Assembly: GCA_965198225.1 (NCBI GenBank)
Contig: CBDAOY010000009.1
Coordinates: 1,234,540 to 1,298,539, forward strand
Direction: 5' to 3'
Length of the DNA stretch: 64,000 bases
Source: Terriglobia bacterium
GTDB taxonomy: Bacteria > Acidobacteriota > Terriglobia > 20CM-2-55-15
How positions within the stretch are numbered: position 1 is the stretch's first letter; each line of letters begins with the position of its first letter. The translations under genes were made by a program, and so were the position numbers. The notes under the pieces are model-generated. The model saw nothing but the letters and a program-made list of their open reading frames with translations. It was not told the origin of the DNA and did not search any database. Shown here piece by piece: positions 19,527 through 28,683 of the stretch.

Positions 19527-20773
19527 AGCAGCTCATCCCTCACGACTCGGCCTTCCACCGCCGACTGGACGCAGTCGGCCAGGCTGCCGAATGTGATCTC
19601 GGTTTCGAGTAGGCCGGGGGCGTAGTAGGCGTACTTGGCTGAATTCGTCATCAAGCGTTGGATCTCAGGTGGCAGCATCGGCGAGGCGAGGACGCAGGTG
19701 TCGACGGTGACTTGCCCCCCAAACTCCTCGAGCGCCTGCAGGTGTCCGGAGGCTCGCGCCAGCTCGACCATGGCCCGGCTGGAGGTGACCAGGAACCTTA
19801 CTGACGGATCGGCATGCTTCCCGGTAACCAGTGGCGCCAGCAGTTTGAACTCTTTGAGTGAGAAGTGAGGGCTGCCCAGGATCACCATGTCCAGCGCCTC
19901 GCCGGTCGCGGTCGTGAGTTCCCGCCGCGCTTCCCGCAATCGTTCCATCGTCACCGGTACGACCTCCTCCGGTTCGCAGCCCAGGAAGGCCGCATCCAGT
20001 GTCCGCGCTTCCGGCGTGTGTCCGACGACGTGGAACAAAGCGACCGTGCCTGATGCAGACGCGGCAGCCCCCATCGCTTTGAACTGATCCTCGCCCGGAC
20101 GTGGCTCCAGGCCCGCGACCACCGGTATCCGTTCCCGGGCGACCTTACCCATCAGGTGTCCGAGAACCGGGTAGAATTCGTCCGCCCACTGCAGTTCGTA
20201 GCCCACGCCCTCCAACGGCATCAGGACTTGCCCCTTACGGTTTTCGGTCAGGTGCAGCCCGACGGCGGGAACGCGGCCGGTGATGGCTGCGCAGATATCC
20301 ATCAGGTCCGGGTATCGCTCGGTTCGGGCGCCGATCACCGAGTTGGCGAAGACGATCGCGTTGGACTCGCCCCACGCGATCTGCTGGCCGAATGTCGGAA
20401 TCAGATCCACCTGGTAAGGCGCGCATGTCCATATCGGTCGGCAGCCCATTCTCTCGTAGGCCGCCATCTGCCGTCGCGAAGCGGCCGCGAACTCTTCCGG
20501 CACGGCCCATTCCCGCCAGTGATGTTCGTCCAGGGCGCTCACGTTCAGCGTCGTCGGGACACGAACCTCGGCTTCCGACGCGGCAAGCTTCTCGGCGAAT
20601 TCCAGGCCGGCCTCTCCCATGTAGACCGAGCTGTCGATGTGTGCCTGTGTGATATCGAGCAGGCGCTCGGCTCCTTCGAACCGGGCCATCCGGAGGATGA
20701 TCGACATGGCCATCCTCGCGGCGGGGCCGCGTTGCCCGGTCGCCAGCTCGCGGTCGAGCAAAGACAATTCCAT
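19517..20773 (-). CDS. Aconitase X catalytic (large) subunit, DUF521
   Basis: AHID, VPTTLN, WTCAPY, AWGESNA..FANSV.GART, LFHVVGHTPEA, GSPH, DTC, MTNSAKYAYY. Confidence 0.92.
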   Translation of the reverse strand: MELSLLDRELATGQRGPAARMAMSIILRMARFEGAERLLDITQAHIDSSVYMGEAGLEFAEKLAASEAEVRVPTTLNVSALDEHHWREWAVPEEFAAASRRQMAAYERMGCRPIWTCAPYQVDLIPTFGQQIAWGESNAIVFANSVIGARTERYPDLMDICAAITGRVPAVGLHLTENRKGQVLMPLEGVGYELQWADEFYPVLGHLMGKVARERIPVVAGLEPRPGEDQFKAMGAAASASGTVALFHVVGHTPEARTLDAAFLGCEPEEVVPVTMERLREARRELTTATGEALDMVILGSPHFSLKEFKLLAPLVTGKHADPSVRFLVTSSRAMVELARASGHLQALEEFGGQVTVDTCVLASPMLPPEIQRLMTNSAKYAYYAPGLLETEITFGSLADCVQSAVEGRVVRDELLWE

Positions 20774-20775
20774 CG

Positions 20776-22017
20776 TCAGTCTTCCCCCTGAGCTGCTGCG
20801 TGCTGGACCAGCTTCCCGATCGTCAGGCCCTGGACGATGATCGAGAAGGCGACGATGCCGTACGTGATCGTCAGGATCGCGTCGCGGGCTTCACCGGAGG
20901 GCAGCGACAGGGCCAACGCGACCGATATGCCGCCTCGCAACCCGCCCCAGGTCAGGATCAGGGTAGCCCGGTTGCTGAACTCCCGAACCAGGCTGAACAA
21001 CTGGATCGGAAGCCCGACTGCGACGAAACGGGAGAACAGGACGAGCGGTATCGCGACGATGATCGCCTGAAGATACTCTGCGCGCAGGCTCACCGCGACC
21101 AGTTCCAGGCCGATCAGGACAAAGAGGATCGCATTCAGCATCTCGTCGGCGAGCTCCCAGAAGGAATCCAGATGTTCCCGTGTGTGGTCCGACATGGCGA
21201 ACCGGCGGCCATGGTTGCCGACCATCAGGCCCGCGACGACGACGGCGATCGGTCCCGATGCGTGAACAAAGCTGGCCAAAGCAAAGCCGCCCATTACCAG
21301 AGCCAGCGTGATCAGGATTTCCACTTCGTACTGGTCGGTCGAGCGCAGCATGCGGTACGCGGCATAGCCGATTGCCAGGCCGATCGCCACACCGCCGAGG
21401 GTTTCTTCGGCGAAGAGCACGACGACGCCGGTCGCCGAGAACTCACCCGAGACCGCGATGTCCAGCAACACCAGGAAGACGACGATTCCCACACCGTCGT
21501 TGAACAGGGATTCCCCGGTGATCTTGGTTTCCAGCGACTTTGGTGCTTTCGCCAGTTTCAGGATGCCGCCGACGGCGATCGGGTCGGTGGGCGAAATCAG
21601 GGCACCGAACAGCAGGCAATCGATGTATCGGAGCTCCAGACCGAGGAAGCCGAACAGGTAGTAGGCGAGCGTCCCCACGATGAACGTCGAGCTCACGACT
21701 CCGACCGACGCCAGGATGGCCACGATCCAGCGTTGTTCGAACAGGTCGTCGAGGTTGACGTGGAGCGCTCCCGCGAACAACAGGAAGCTGAGCATGCCCT
21801 GCATCAATGCCAGGTTGAAATCGATACTCTCGACGAATGCCCGGGCCTCGCCGGCGATGCTGACACCGAGACTGTTGAGCGCCACCAGAACGAGCGACAT
21901 CGCCAGCGCGATGACCATCAAACCGATCTTCGTCGGCAGCCCGAGCAGCCGGTAGTTCAGGTAGCCGAACACGGCGGACAGGCAAACCAGGACGGTGATC
22001 GTGTTGAGAAGATTCAT
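20776..22017 (-). CDS. Na+/H+ antiporter (CPA1, NhaP-like)
   Basis: ATG at 22017; LLFAGALHV, FGALISPTDPIAV, GESLFNDG, TWGGLRGGISVALAL. Confidence 0.93.
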   Translation of the reverse strand: MNLLNTITVLVCLSAVFGYLNYRLLGLPTKIGLMVIALAMSLVLVALNSLGVSIAGEARAFVESIDFNLALMQGMLSFLLFAGALHVNLDDLFEQRWIVAILASVGVVSSTFIVGTLAYYLFGFLGLELRYIDCLLFGALISPTDPIAVGGILKLAKAPKSLETKITGESLFNDGVGIVVFLVLLDIAVSGEFSATGVVVLFAEETLGGVAIGLAIGYAAYRMLRSTDQYEVEILITLALVMGGFALASFVHASGPIAVVVAGLMVGNHGRRFAMSDHTREHLDSFWELADEMLNAILFVLIGLELVAVSLRAEYLQAIIVAIPLVLFSRFVAVGLPIQLFSLVREFSNRATLILTWGGLRGGISVALALSLPSGEARDAILTITYGIVAFSIIVQGLTIGKLVQHAAAQGED

Positions 22018-22334
22018 TGCTAACGACTCTTGCGGTCGCGGGGCGTCTGGCGGCCCGAAGGTAACCGATCGCCGGTACATCGTCAAGATCAGTGCTGGAG
22101 AAAGGAGCATCCGATGGCTGCTTTTGGGCTTCGTCCCCGACTACCTCGCCCGACGGGCGGGACGATACGCGAAGAGGCGAACCTTTCGCGGTTCGGATAC
22201 GGCTGGATGCGTCGCCTGTCCCGCGTTCGGCAGGAGGTGATGCCTGCCACGGACTCCTACCCCTCCGATGGGTGAATGAACCGTGTTATCTTGGCACCAT
22301 AAGGGTCGGTCACATGCTCGAAGACTCGTCTGGA

Positions 22335-22934
22335 ATGAAGCATATCGTTCGGCAATACGCCCTGGAGCTGGGCTCCCTCGAGGTCCAGTACATCGAAGAG
22401 AACTTTGCGGAGTTCCGCAACAAGAAGAGTGCGGACGAGATCGTCGCGCGTCTGAGCGATCGCGAGTACCTGATCCTGCTTTCGATGGCACCCGCTCCTG
22501 ACGACCCGGATCAGCTCATGCCGGTTGCGTTCAAGGTCGGACACGAGCTTCGGGAGTTTGAGACCCAGGCGAAGCTCGTCGACCTGGTCGGCCAGCTGAT
22601 CGGGTGCGTGCAGTTTTCGGACCGGAAAATCTTCTACAGCTGGATCGGGGGGACAAGACGCGGCTGGCGGGGCAAAGGCCATTACCGCGCGCTGACCGAA
22701 CAGCAGGAAGAATGGGCGCACCAGCATGGTTACCACGAGCTCGTGATCAAGACGAAGAACAAGTTCTACCCGTTGCGCACGACGCTGGGTCGAATGCACT
22801 TCAACATCATCAAGTTTCAGCCCGACCTGGACGACAATCGCGAGTCGAAGCTTTACATGAGCAAGAAGATTGCCGCCGAAATGCTCAGCGGTCATCGGAC
22901 GGTTCGGACGATCGAAGAAGAAGACGGCATTTAG
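22335..22934 (+). CDS. GNAT-fold acetyltransferase-like protein
   Basis: ATG at 22335; FYSWIGG...WRGKGHYRAL resembles the acetyl-CoA binding motif A; IKTKNKF. Confidence 0.7.
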   Translation: MKHIVRQYALELGSLEVQYIEENFAEFRNKKSADEIVARLSDREYLILLSMAPAPDDPDQLMPVAFKVGHELREFETQAKLVDLVGQLIGCVQFSDRKIFYSWIGGTRRGWRGKGHYRALTEQQEEWAHQHGYHELVIKTKNKFYPLRTTLGRMHFNIIKFQPDLDDNRESKLYMSKKIAAEMLSGHRTVRTIEEEDGI

Positions 22935-22968
22935 CCACCGCGGACGTGGCCGAGGTCTGCTCCACTAC

Positions 22969-23772
22969 ATGAAGACGATTTTCATCGTGTCCGACGGAAC
23001 TGGAGCCCGGGGACACCATCTGCTGCGGGCCGCGCTGGCGCAATTTCCCGCAGAGACGAGAGTCGACGTCCAGATCCGTCCGCGCGTGCGTTCTCTCGAA
23101 CAGGTGCAGCAGGTCGTCGAGGAAGCCTGCGAGTCCGATGGAATACTCGTGCATACCCTGGCTCCAACCGAGCTTCGCGGGGCCCTGCAGTCGCGCTCGG
23201 AGGAGCGGGGTATTCACGCAGTCGATCTTTTCGGTCATCTCCTGACCGATCTGGGACACTTTCTGGGAACACGCCCCGAAGGCGTATCCGGCGGTGTGCA
23301 GAAGCCGAAGGATCGAAAGATGGTGGACGCGTTGACCTTCGCCGTGAAGCACGACGATGGGCTGGGCATACAGGACATCCGCCGGGCGGATGTTGTACTG
23401 GTTGGTGTATCGCGAACTTCGAAAACGCCGCTTTCGGTCTACCTGGCCGTTCGCGGCTACCGGTCGATGAACGTGCCGATAGTGCCTGACGTCGGTGCGC
23501 CGCCCGAACTCTTCACGGCCAAGCAGGGCAGGATCGTCGGGCTCCGGGTCGATCCTGAACGGCTGCGGCAGTTGAGACTGAAACGCCTGAAGAAGTACGG
23601 CCGGCAGGCCACGAAGACCTACACCAGCCTCGAACACATCAGAAGGGAAGTGGCCCTTGCCGACGACATATTCCGAGACGCGGGGTGGCCGGTCGTCGAT
23701 GTCACGGACCGCGCGCTGGAGGAGGCGGCCGTCGACGTTGTCCGTTTGACGAGCACGTCGGATCTGTCCTGA
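22969..23772 (+). CDS. Kinase/pyrophosphorylase (PEP synthetase/PPDK regulatory protein, DUF299)
   Basis: IFIVSDGTG, FAVKHDDG, ADVVLVGVSRTSKTPLSVYLA, VVDVTDRALEE. Confidence 0.92.
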   Translation: MKTIFIVSDGTGARGHHLLRAALAQFPAETRVDVQIRPRVRSLEQVQQVVEEACESDGILVHTLAPTELRGALQSRSEERGIHAVDLFGHLLTDLGHFLGTRPEGVSGGVQKPKDRKMVDALTFAVKHDDGLGIQDIRRADVVLVGVSRTSKTPLSVYLAVRGYRSMNVPIVPDVGAPPELFTAKQGRIVGLRVDPERLRQLRLKRLKKYGRQATKTYTSLEHIRREVALADDIFRDAGWPVVDVTDRALEEAAVDVVRLTSTSDLS

Positions 23773-23895
23773 TTCTCCGTCTTCTTGCCCTCCTGCAGAC
23801 CGCGGCGCAGGCGTTGACGGACCGGAATACTCAAACACGCTCCCCTAACTGACCACTGACCCCGCGTCCAGCCAGATGACCTACAAACGATTGCT

Positions 23896-23910
23896 TTTAC
23901 ATCGTTTAAC
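23896..23910 (+). promoter_or_regulatory. OmpR/CpxR-type direct-repeat box upstream of the Spy/CpxP gene
   Basis: TTTAC-N5-TTAAC, close to the reverse complement of the CpxR consensus GTAAA-N5-GTAAA. Confidence 0.45.
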
Positions 23911-24014
23911 ACGCCCCACACCCGACTTTCCTGTCTAATCTCTAGAGCGGCCGGATATCGCCTGACGCGAAGCGGACCCTCAGAAGAGAACTCAAACACA
24001 AGGAGATTGACAAC

Positions 24015-24554
24015 ATGAAATACAGGAGCCTTTTGGTTGCGTTGATGTTCGCGGCTCTGGCGGTGCCGGCGGTGGCTCAGGAAGCTCCACGCGGAAGACG
24101 CGGCCCCGGCGGCTTCCAGGGTAGAGCGGAAGCGGGGGAGGGAGTGCGGCAGAGAGGCGGAAACCGATTGGAAAGACTCCAGGAAACCCTGGGGTTGACC
24201 GAAGCGCAAATCGTCGCGATCGAAGCCCTGCAGGCGGCTCACACTGAGATCCTCCAGGGACTGAACGCCTCCCAGCGGGAAGCACGCCAGAACGTTCAGG
24301 GCCTCGTCGAACAAGGCGCCAGCGCAACCGACATCGGTAACGCCGTGCTCGCTGCGCACGCCATCCAGGGGCAGGTCAAGGCTGCAAACGAACAATTCCG
24401 TGCGGACTTCAACAACGTCCTGACGCTTGCCCAGCAGGAGCAGCTCGCCGAGATTCGGGAAGCCGCCGGCCAGGCCCGCGGTTTGGAGGGATTCCCCGGA
24501 CGAAGAGGAAGGGGGGGACAGAGAGGAGGCCGCCGTCCTGCTCCTGAAGGATAG
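24015..24554 (+). CDS. Spy/CpxP-family periplasmic protein
   Basis: AGGAG RBS, signal peptide, two LTxxQ motifs (LGLTEAQ, VLTLAQQ), helical. Confidence 0.85.
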   Translation: MKYRSLLVALMFAALAVPAVAQEAPRGRRGPGGFQGRAEAGEGVRQRGGNRLERLQETLGLTEAQIVAIEALQAAHTEILQGLNASQREARQNVQGLVEQGASATDIGNAVLAAHAIQGQVKAANEQFRADFNNVLTLAQQEQLAEIREAAGQARGLEGFPGRRGRGGQRGGRRPAPEG

Positions 24555-24579
24555 AGACTGACGTTGTTCTTCCTGACAA

Positions 24580-24608
24580 AAAAGGCGAGGCAAAATGCCT
24601 CGCCTTTT
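24580..24608. terminator. Bidirectional terminator
   Basis: AAAAGGCGAGGCA-AAA-TGCCTCGCCTTTT between convergent genes. Confidence 0.8.
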
Positions 24609-24643
24609 ATTCGGTTTACTTCCTCTCGCCCTGCCGAACACTA

Positions 24644-24710
24644 CTGCTTAGTAAACACCCGCTGCTTAGTAAACACCCGGGGACAGGGTCAGGCCCCTGT
24701 CCCCCTCACA
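24644..24710. repeat. 18-bp tandem duplication joined to a GGGGAC...GTCCCC REP-like hairpin
   Basis: CTGCTTAGTAAACACCCG twice (24644-24679), then GGGACAGGGTCAGGCCCCTGTCCCCCTCACA, homologous to 1921-1954. Confidence 0.75.
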
Positions 24711-24765
24711 TGGGCTCACTCACGGTTCATTGAGCTAGAACTACCACCGGCGGCCTACGTCCCAT

Positions 24766-25488
24766 TCACCCGTCAAACCGGTACCCTTGCCCGTGCACGG
24801 TCACGATGTAGCGAGGCTTCTTTGAATCTTCCTCGATCTTCTGCCGCAGCCAGACGATATGTACGTCGACGGTCCGCGTGGTCGGCACCGCCTTATAGCC
24901 CCAGACGTCTTTCAGGAGGGTGTCGCGAGATATTACTTTGCGACGATTCTCCACGAAGTACTGCAACAACCTCGATTCCTGATCGGACAGCTCGATCGTC
25001 TCATCCCCGCGGCTGATCCGACCCCGGGCGAAGTCCACGCGCAGGTTGCCGAATTCGTAGGTCCGTAAATCTTCGTCCATCGCCCGCGATGTGCGCCTTA
25101 TCAGGGCGTCGATGCGCAACTGCAGTTCTTCGGTGTCGAAGGGCTTGGCCAGATAGTCGTCCGCACCCGTCTTGAACCCGACAACCTTGTCCCTGACTTC
25201 GCCTCTTGCCGTGAGCATCAGGACGGGGGTGTCCACACCACGACGGCGGAGGTTCCTGCAGACCTCGTATCCATCCATTGAAGGCAGCATCACATCCAGC
25301 AGGATCAGATCGAAGCATTCCTGTGTGGCGGCTTCGAGCCCTTCGGCTCCATCCTCGCATTTCTCCACGACGTAGCCCTGGCTCTCGAGCATGTCGCCGA
25401 GCGTTCGCGCGAGCGCCGTTTCGTCCTCGATCAGCAGCACTCGGCGTGTCGCTTCGCTCACTCCAGGTTCAAACACCAACTCTTTCAA
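24766..25488 (-). CDS. OmpR-family response regulator
   Basis: TTG at 25488 after AAGGAG; VLLIED, LLDVMLP, MLTAR, GADDYLAKPF, TRTVDVHI, TVHGQGYRF. Confidence 0.93.
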   Translation of the reverse strand: MKELVFEPGVSEATRRVLLIEDETALARTLGDMLESQGYVVEKCEDGAEGLEAATQECFDLILLDVMLPSMDGYEVCRNLRRRGVDTPVLMLTARGEVRDKVVGFKTGADDYLAKPFDTEELQLRIDALIRRTSRAMDEDLRTYEFGNLRVDFARGRISRGDETIELSDQESRLLQYFVENRRKVISRDTLLKDVWGYKAVPTTRTVDVHIVWLRQKIEEDSKKPRYIVTVHGQGYRFDG

Positions 25489-27310
25489 TGTTCTGCTCCT
25501 TGTCGACGGTTGAGACAGTCGGCGGAGCGAGTGGTATATGCAGCGTGAAGTCACTGCCTTCTCCCGCCTCGCTCTTTAGAGTGACCCGTCCGTTCTGCGC
25601 TTCGATAATCCGCTTGACGAGATTGAGTCCCAGCCCGTTTCCCTTGGCATTGCCGATTCCATGTCCCCGGTAGAAGGGCTGGAAGAGATGTGGGAGATCC
25701 GACGGATCGATGCCGGGGCCGCGATCGCCGACACTGATCATGGCCCGTCCGGATTCGGGATCGGCGAAAGCCTGGATGGTTATCTGGGGCGGGCCGTCTG
25801 ACCTGCCGTACTTAATCGCGTTGCTGACGAGGTTCTGAATGCCGTGCGCCAACCCCGTCCGATCGGCCAGGACCGGTCCAAGATCCGGGTCGATGATCGT
25901 TCGAACGATGGACCCCGACTCTTCGATCGAAGAAGCCAGGGTCCCCAGAACGCGATCGACAGTTACGCGGACGCTGACCGGTTCGAGTCTGTAACCGCGC
26001 CGTCCGGATTCGATCTGAGCGAAGAGGATGATCTGGTCCACCATCTCGGAAAGGCGGCGGCCTTCTTCCTGTACCATGACGGCGTATTCCCGCACCTCCT
26101 CGGGCTTTCTGACCACCCCGGTCGCGATATTGTAGGCCGCAGAGCGGACGACGGCCAACGGCGTACGGAGTTCATGAGACACACCCGCGGCGAACTCCAT
26201 CTGCAGCCGCCCGAGTGAGCGAACGCGTTCCGACCATATGACGATCAGTCCGCCCGACAGTCCCAGCAGGAGGAGAATTCCAAAGCTGATCGCCAGGTTC
26301 CGGTTCCGAAGCTCGGCTACCGCTCCCTCCAGAGAGCCTGCCCGGTGCTTGACCACGAATTCCCATTCGCCTCCCATCAACATGCCCGCTGCCAGGACCC
26401 TGGGGTCTCCTCTTCTGCCGAAGGGGTTTCCCCCGCGTCTGCGCCGCGCGCCCCCTGGAGATGGGAATCGTGAATCCGCAGATGCCTCGGGCCTCGGGTC
26501 GCCGGACCGGAAAACATCGAAACGAAGGTCGGGCTCGAGAAAGTCTGCGGGCGACAGGCCTACTTGTGACACATAGACAGGTTCTCGATCCGGACCGAAA
26601 ACACCGACTTCGTAATCCTGTGGATCGAAATGAGCCTGGACCATTTCGGGAAGAAGTACCGCGGAGATGAATTCTTCGTCCAGTTCGACGATCGCGACCC
26701 CGCCAACGAAGGGCGGATCCGGGCCAGGGCGTCGAGGGCCACCCCTCCCGCCCCGTCTCAGAGCCTCGGGGCCGACGAGGCGTATCACCATCCGGAGGTC
26801 ACCATCCGTTTCAGCGGAGTAGTATTCGTCCGGTTCCGGGCGTCCCCCGCGACCGAACCGCCGCCAATCTGTCGATTCCCCCGGTAGCTCTGCTTCCGCG
26901 AGCTTCCCGGTTTCTGGCTCGAACATCAATGGCGGCAACTCGCCCTCGGACGTCACCGGAACCACGTAGATGCGCTCGATCAGTTCCGGGTAGGGAGCGG
27001 TGGCTTTCCAGTCGTCATAAAGACGAGTCACCTGAGACTCGAACAGATCCAAATCGGACCATTCGCCGAGACGGAAGGTGAAGGACACCCGTGCCAGTTC
27101 GTTCTGGATATCTTCGGTAAGCCGTCGCCCGGCCCCGTCCAGGTTCTGCTGCAGTCGCTGTCGCTCCGCCGTACTGACCTGGCCGATCCATCGGTATTGG
27201 AGCAACGCCAGCAGCGGCAGGAGGATGATCAGGACCCCCAGCAAGGCGAGCGATACCCAGGGCTTTCCGCGGGGGGTCGAAAGAAGATTGGTTTTTGACT
27301 CGAGAGCCAT
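25469..27310 (-). CDS. Membrane sensor histidine kinase
   Basis: Two TM segments, VSHELRTPL H box, NLVSNAIKY, DRGPGI, LFQPFYR, GNGLGL. Confidence 0.94.
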   Translation of the reverse strand: MALESKTNLLSTPRGKPWVSLALLGVLIILLPLLALLQYRWIGQVSTAERQRLQQNLDGAGRRLTEDIQNELARVSFTFRLGEWSDLDLFESQVTRLYDDWKATAPYPELIERIYVVPVTSEGELPPLMFEPETGKLAEAELPGESTDWRRFGRGGRPEPDEYYSAETDGDLRMVIRLVGPEALRRGGRGGPRRPGPDPPFVGGVAIVELDEEFISAVLLPEMVQAHFDPQDYEVGVFGPDREPVYVSQVGLSPADFLEPDLRFDVFRSGDPRPEASADSRFPSPGGARRRRGGNPFGRRGDPRVLAAGMLMGGEWEFVVKHRAGSLEGAVAELRNRNLAISFGILLLLGLSGGLIVIWSERVRSLGRLQMEFAAGVSHELRTPLAVVRSAAYNIATGVVRKPEEVREYAVMVQEEGRRLSEMVDQIILFAQIESGRRGYRLEPVSVRVTVDRVLGTLASSIEESGSIVRTIIDPDLGPVLADRTGLAHGIQNLVSNAIKYGRSDGPPQITIQAFADPESGRAMISVGDRGPGIDPSDLPHLFQPFYRGHGIGNAKGNGLGLNLVKRIIEAQNGRVTLKSEAGEGSDFTLHIPLAPPTVSTVDKEQNIERVGV

Positions 27311-27434
27311 CCTTAAAGATGGATAGACAACCCCGAGGCGCGCCGGTTTAGTTAAAACTTCTTAACAATCCCGGACCTTGTTGACTCGTAAGTATTTAGA
27401 AGGCTCTGGAAGTTTTCGGCGATAATGGCCAACC

Positions 27435-28391
27435 ATGATCGACCTCGCTGAAATCCGCCGGGCAGCCGAACGCATATCGGGCAGGATCCATCGCACCCTG
27501 ACGCTTTCCAGCCGGACGCTGGGCGAACGGGTGGGGGTTGAATTGTTCCTCAAGTGCGAGTGCCTCCAGAAGACGGGTTCCTTCAAACCGCGTGGAGCGC
27601 TCAACAAAGTTCTTTCCCTTTCGAACCAAGAACGCGACAGCGGCCTGATCACGGTTTCGGCCGGCAACCACGCCCAGGCCGTCGCATGGGCCGCCAGGCA
27701 GGTTGGCGCGCCGTGTGCCGTCGTCATGCCCTCCGATGCTCCTAAATCCAAAGTCGATGCCGTGAACGGTTACGGCGGGGAAGTCATATTCCATGACGAC
27801 AGGGCGACGCTGTTCGACAAGCTGAACGAAGAGAAGGACAGACGCGGCTCAACGTTCGTGCATCCGTTCGATGACCCTGTCTTGCTGGCCGGCGCGGGCA
27901 CCGCTGGGCTGGAGATCGTCGAAGACTGCCCCGACGTCGACGTCGTCATCGTTCCCGTCGGGGGCGGTGGACTGATGGGCGGAGTAACTTCAGCCGTCAA
28001 GCAGATGAAACCTGCGGCGAAAGTCATTGCAGTCGAACTCGAAGCCGGCCCGGGCCTGAAGCCCGCGATCGAAGCCGGCAAACCCATCCACGTCGATCGA
28101 CCCTATGGGACGCTGGCCGACGGAATGACCCCGCCTTTCGTCGGCCAACTGCCGATGGAGATCGCGCGCGACAACGTAGACCAGATTGTTGCCATCACCG
28201 AAGAAGAGATCATCGAGGCGATGAAGCTGCTGATTACCCGCTCGAAGCTCTACGTCGAAGGGTCGGGTGCCGCGGCGACGGCCGCTTTGCTGTTTGGGAA
28301 GGCAAAGGTCCCCGCAGGCTCCCGAGTCGTCGCGATGGTATCCGGCGGAAACGTCGACCTGGACAAGCTCGTTTCCGTCTTCGGTTCTTGA
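27435..28391 (+). CDS. Threonine/serine dehydratase (PLP, fold type II)
   Basis: KCECLQKTGSFKPRGA, SAGNHAQ, VHPFDD, VPVGGGGL, VEGSGA, SGGNVD. Confidence 0.92.
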   Translation: MIDLAEIRRAAERISGRIHRTLTLSSRTLGERVGVELFLKCECLQKTGSFKPRGALNKVLSLSNQERDSGLITVSAGNHAQAVAWAARQVGAPCAVVMPSDAPKSKVDAVNGYGGEVIFHDDRATLFDKLNEEKDRRGSTFVHPFDDPVLLAGAGTAGLEIVEDCPDVDVVIVPVGGGGLMGGVTSAVKQMKPAAKVIAVELEAGPGLKPAIEAGKPIHVDRPYGTLADGMTPPFVGQLPMEIARDNVDQIVAITEEEIIEAMKLLITRSKLYVEGSGAAATAALLFGKAKVPAGSRVVAMVSGGNVDLDKLVSVFGS

Positions 28392-28395
28392 AGAT

Positions 28396-28493
28396 GTGCG
28401 GTCATAGACCGCACCTACACGGATGTGATAAGACCCCCTTAACTTAATCGTTTCATTAACAAAAAACGGTGTAGGTGCGGTCTATGACCGCAC
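28396..28493. repeat. Pair of GTAG-family REPs (28396-28420, 28469-28493)
   Basis: Exact copies of the 25-mer in opposite orientations. Confidence 0.9.
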
Positions 28494-28683
28494 AGCTTTG
28501 GGCGCCAACGCATGCTCGGGGAAACCATTTCCACTACAAGGTTCTCGAACAGATCGGGAGTGGCGGTATGGGAAAGAAGTTGTACGGTTGATAAGCAGCG
28601 ATAGACGGCACGTCCACCGAACCCACTTGCGTCGCACCGACAGCCTCGATAGACTTTTTCTTTCGTTCTCGAGAGGAGATCTG

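Noticed and set aside
20800-22023. 407-aa plus-strand ORF and similar long antisense ORFs (8829, 32881, 33894, 59514, 61077)
   Set aside because: Each lies opposite a well-supported gene and lacks family motifs.
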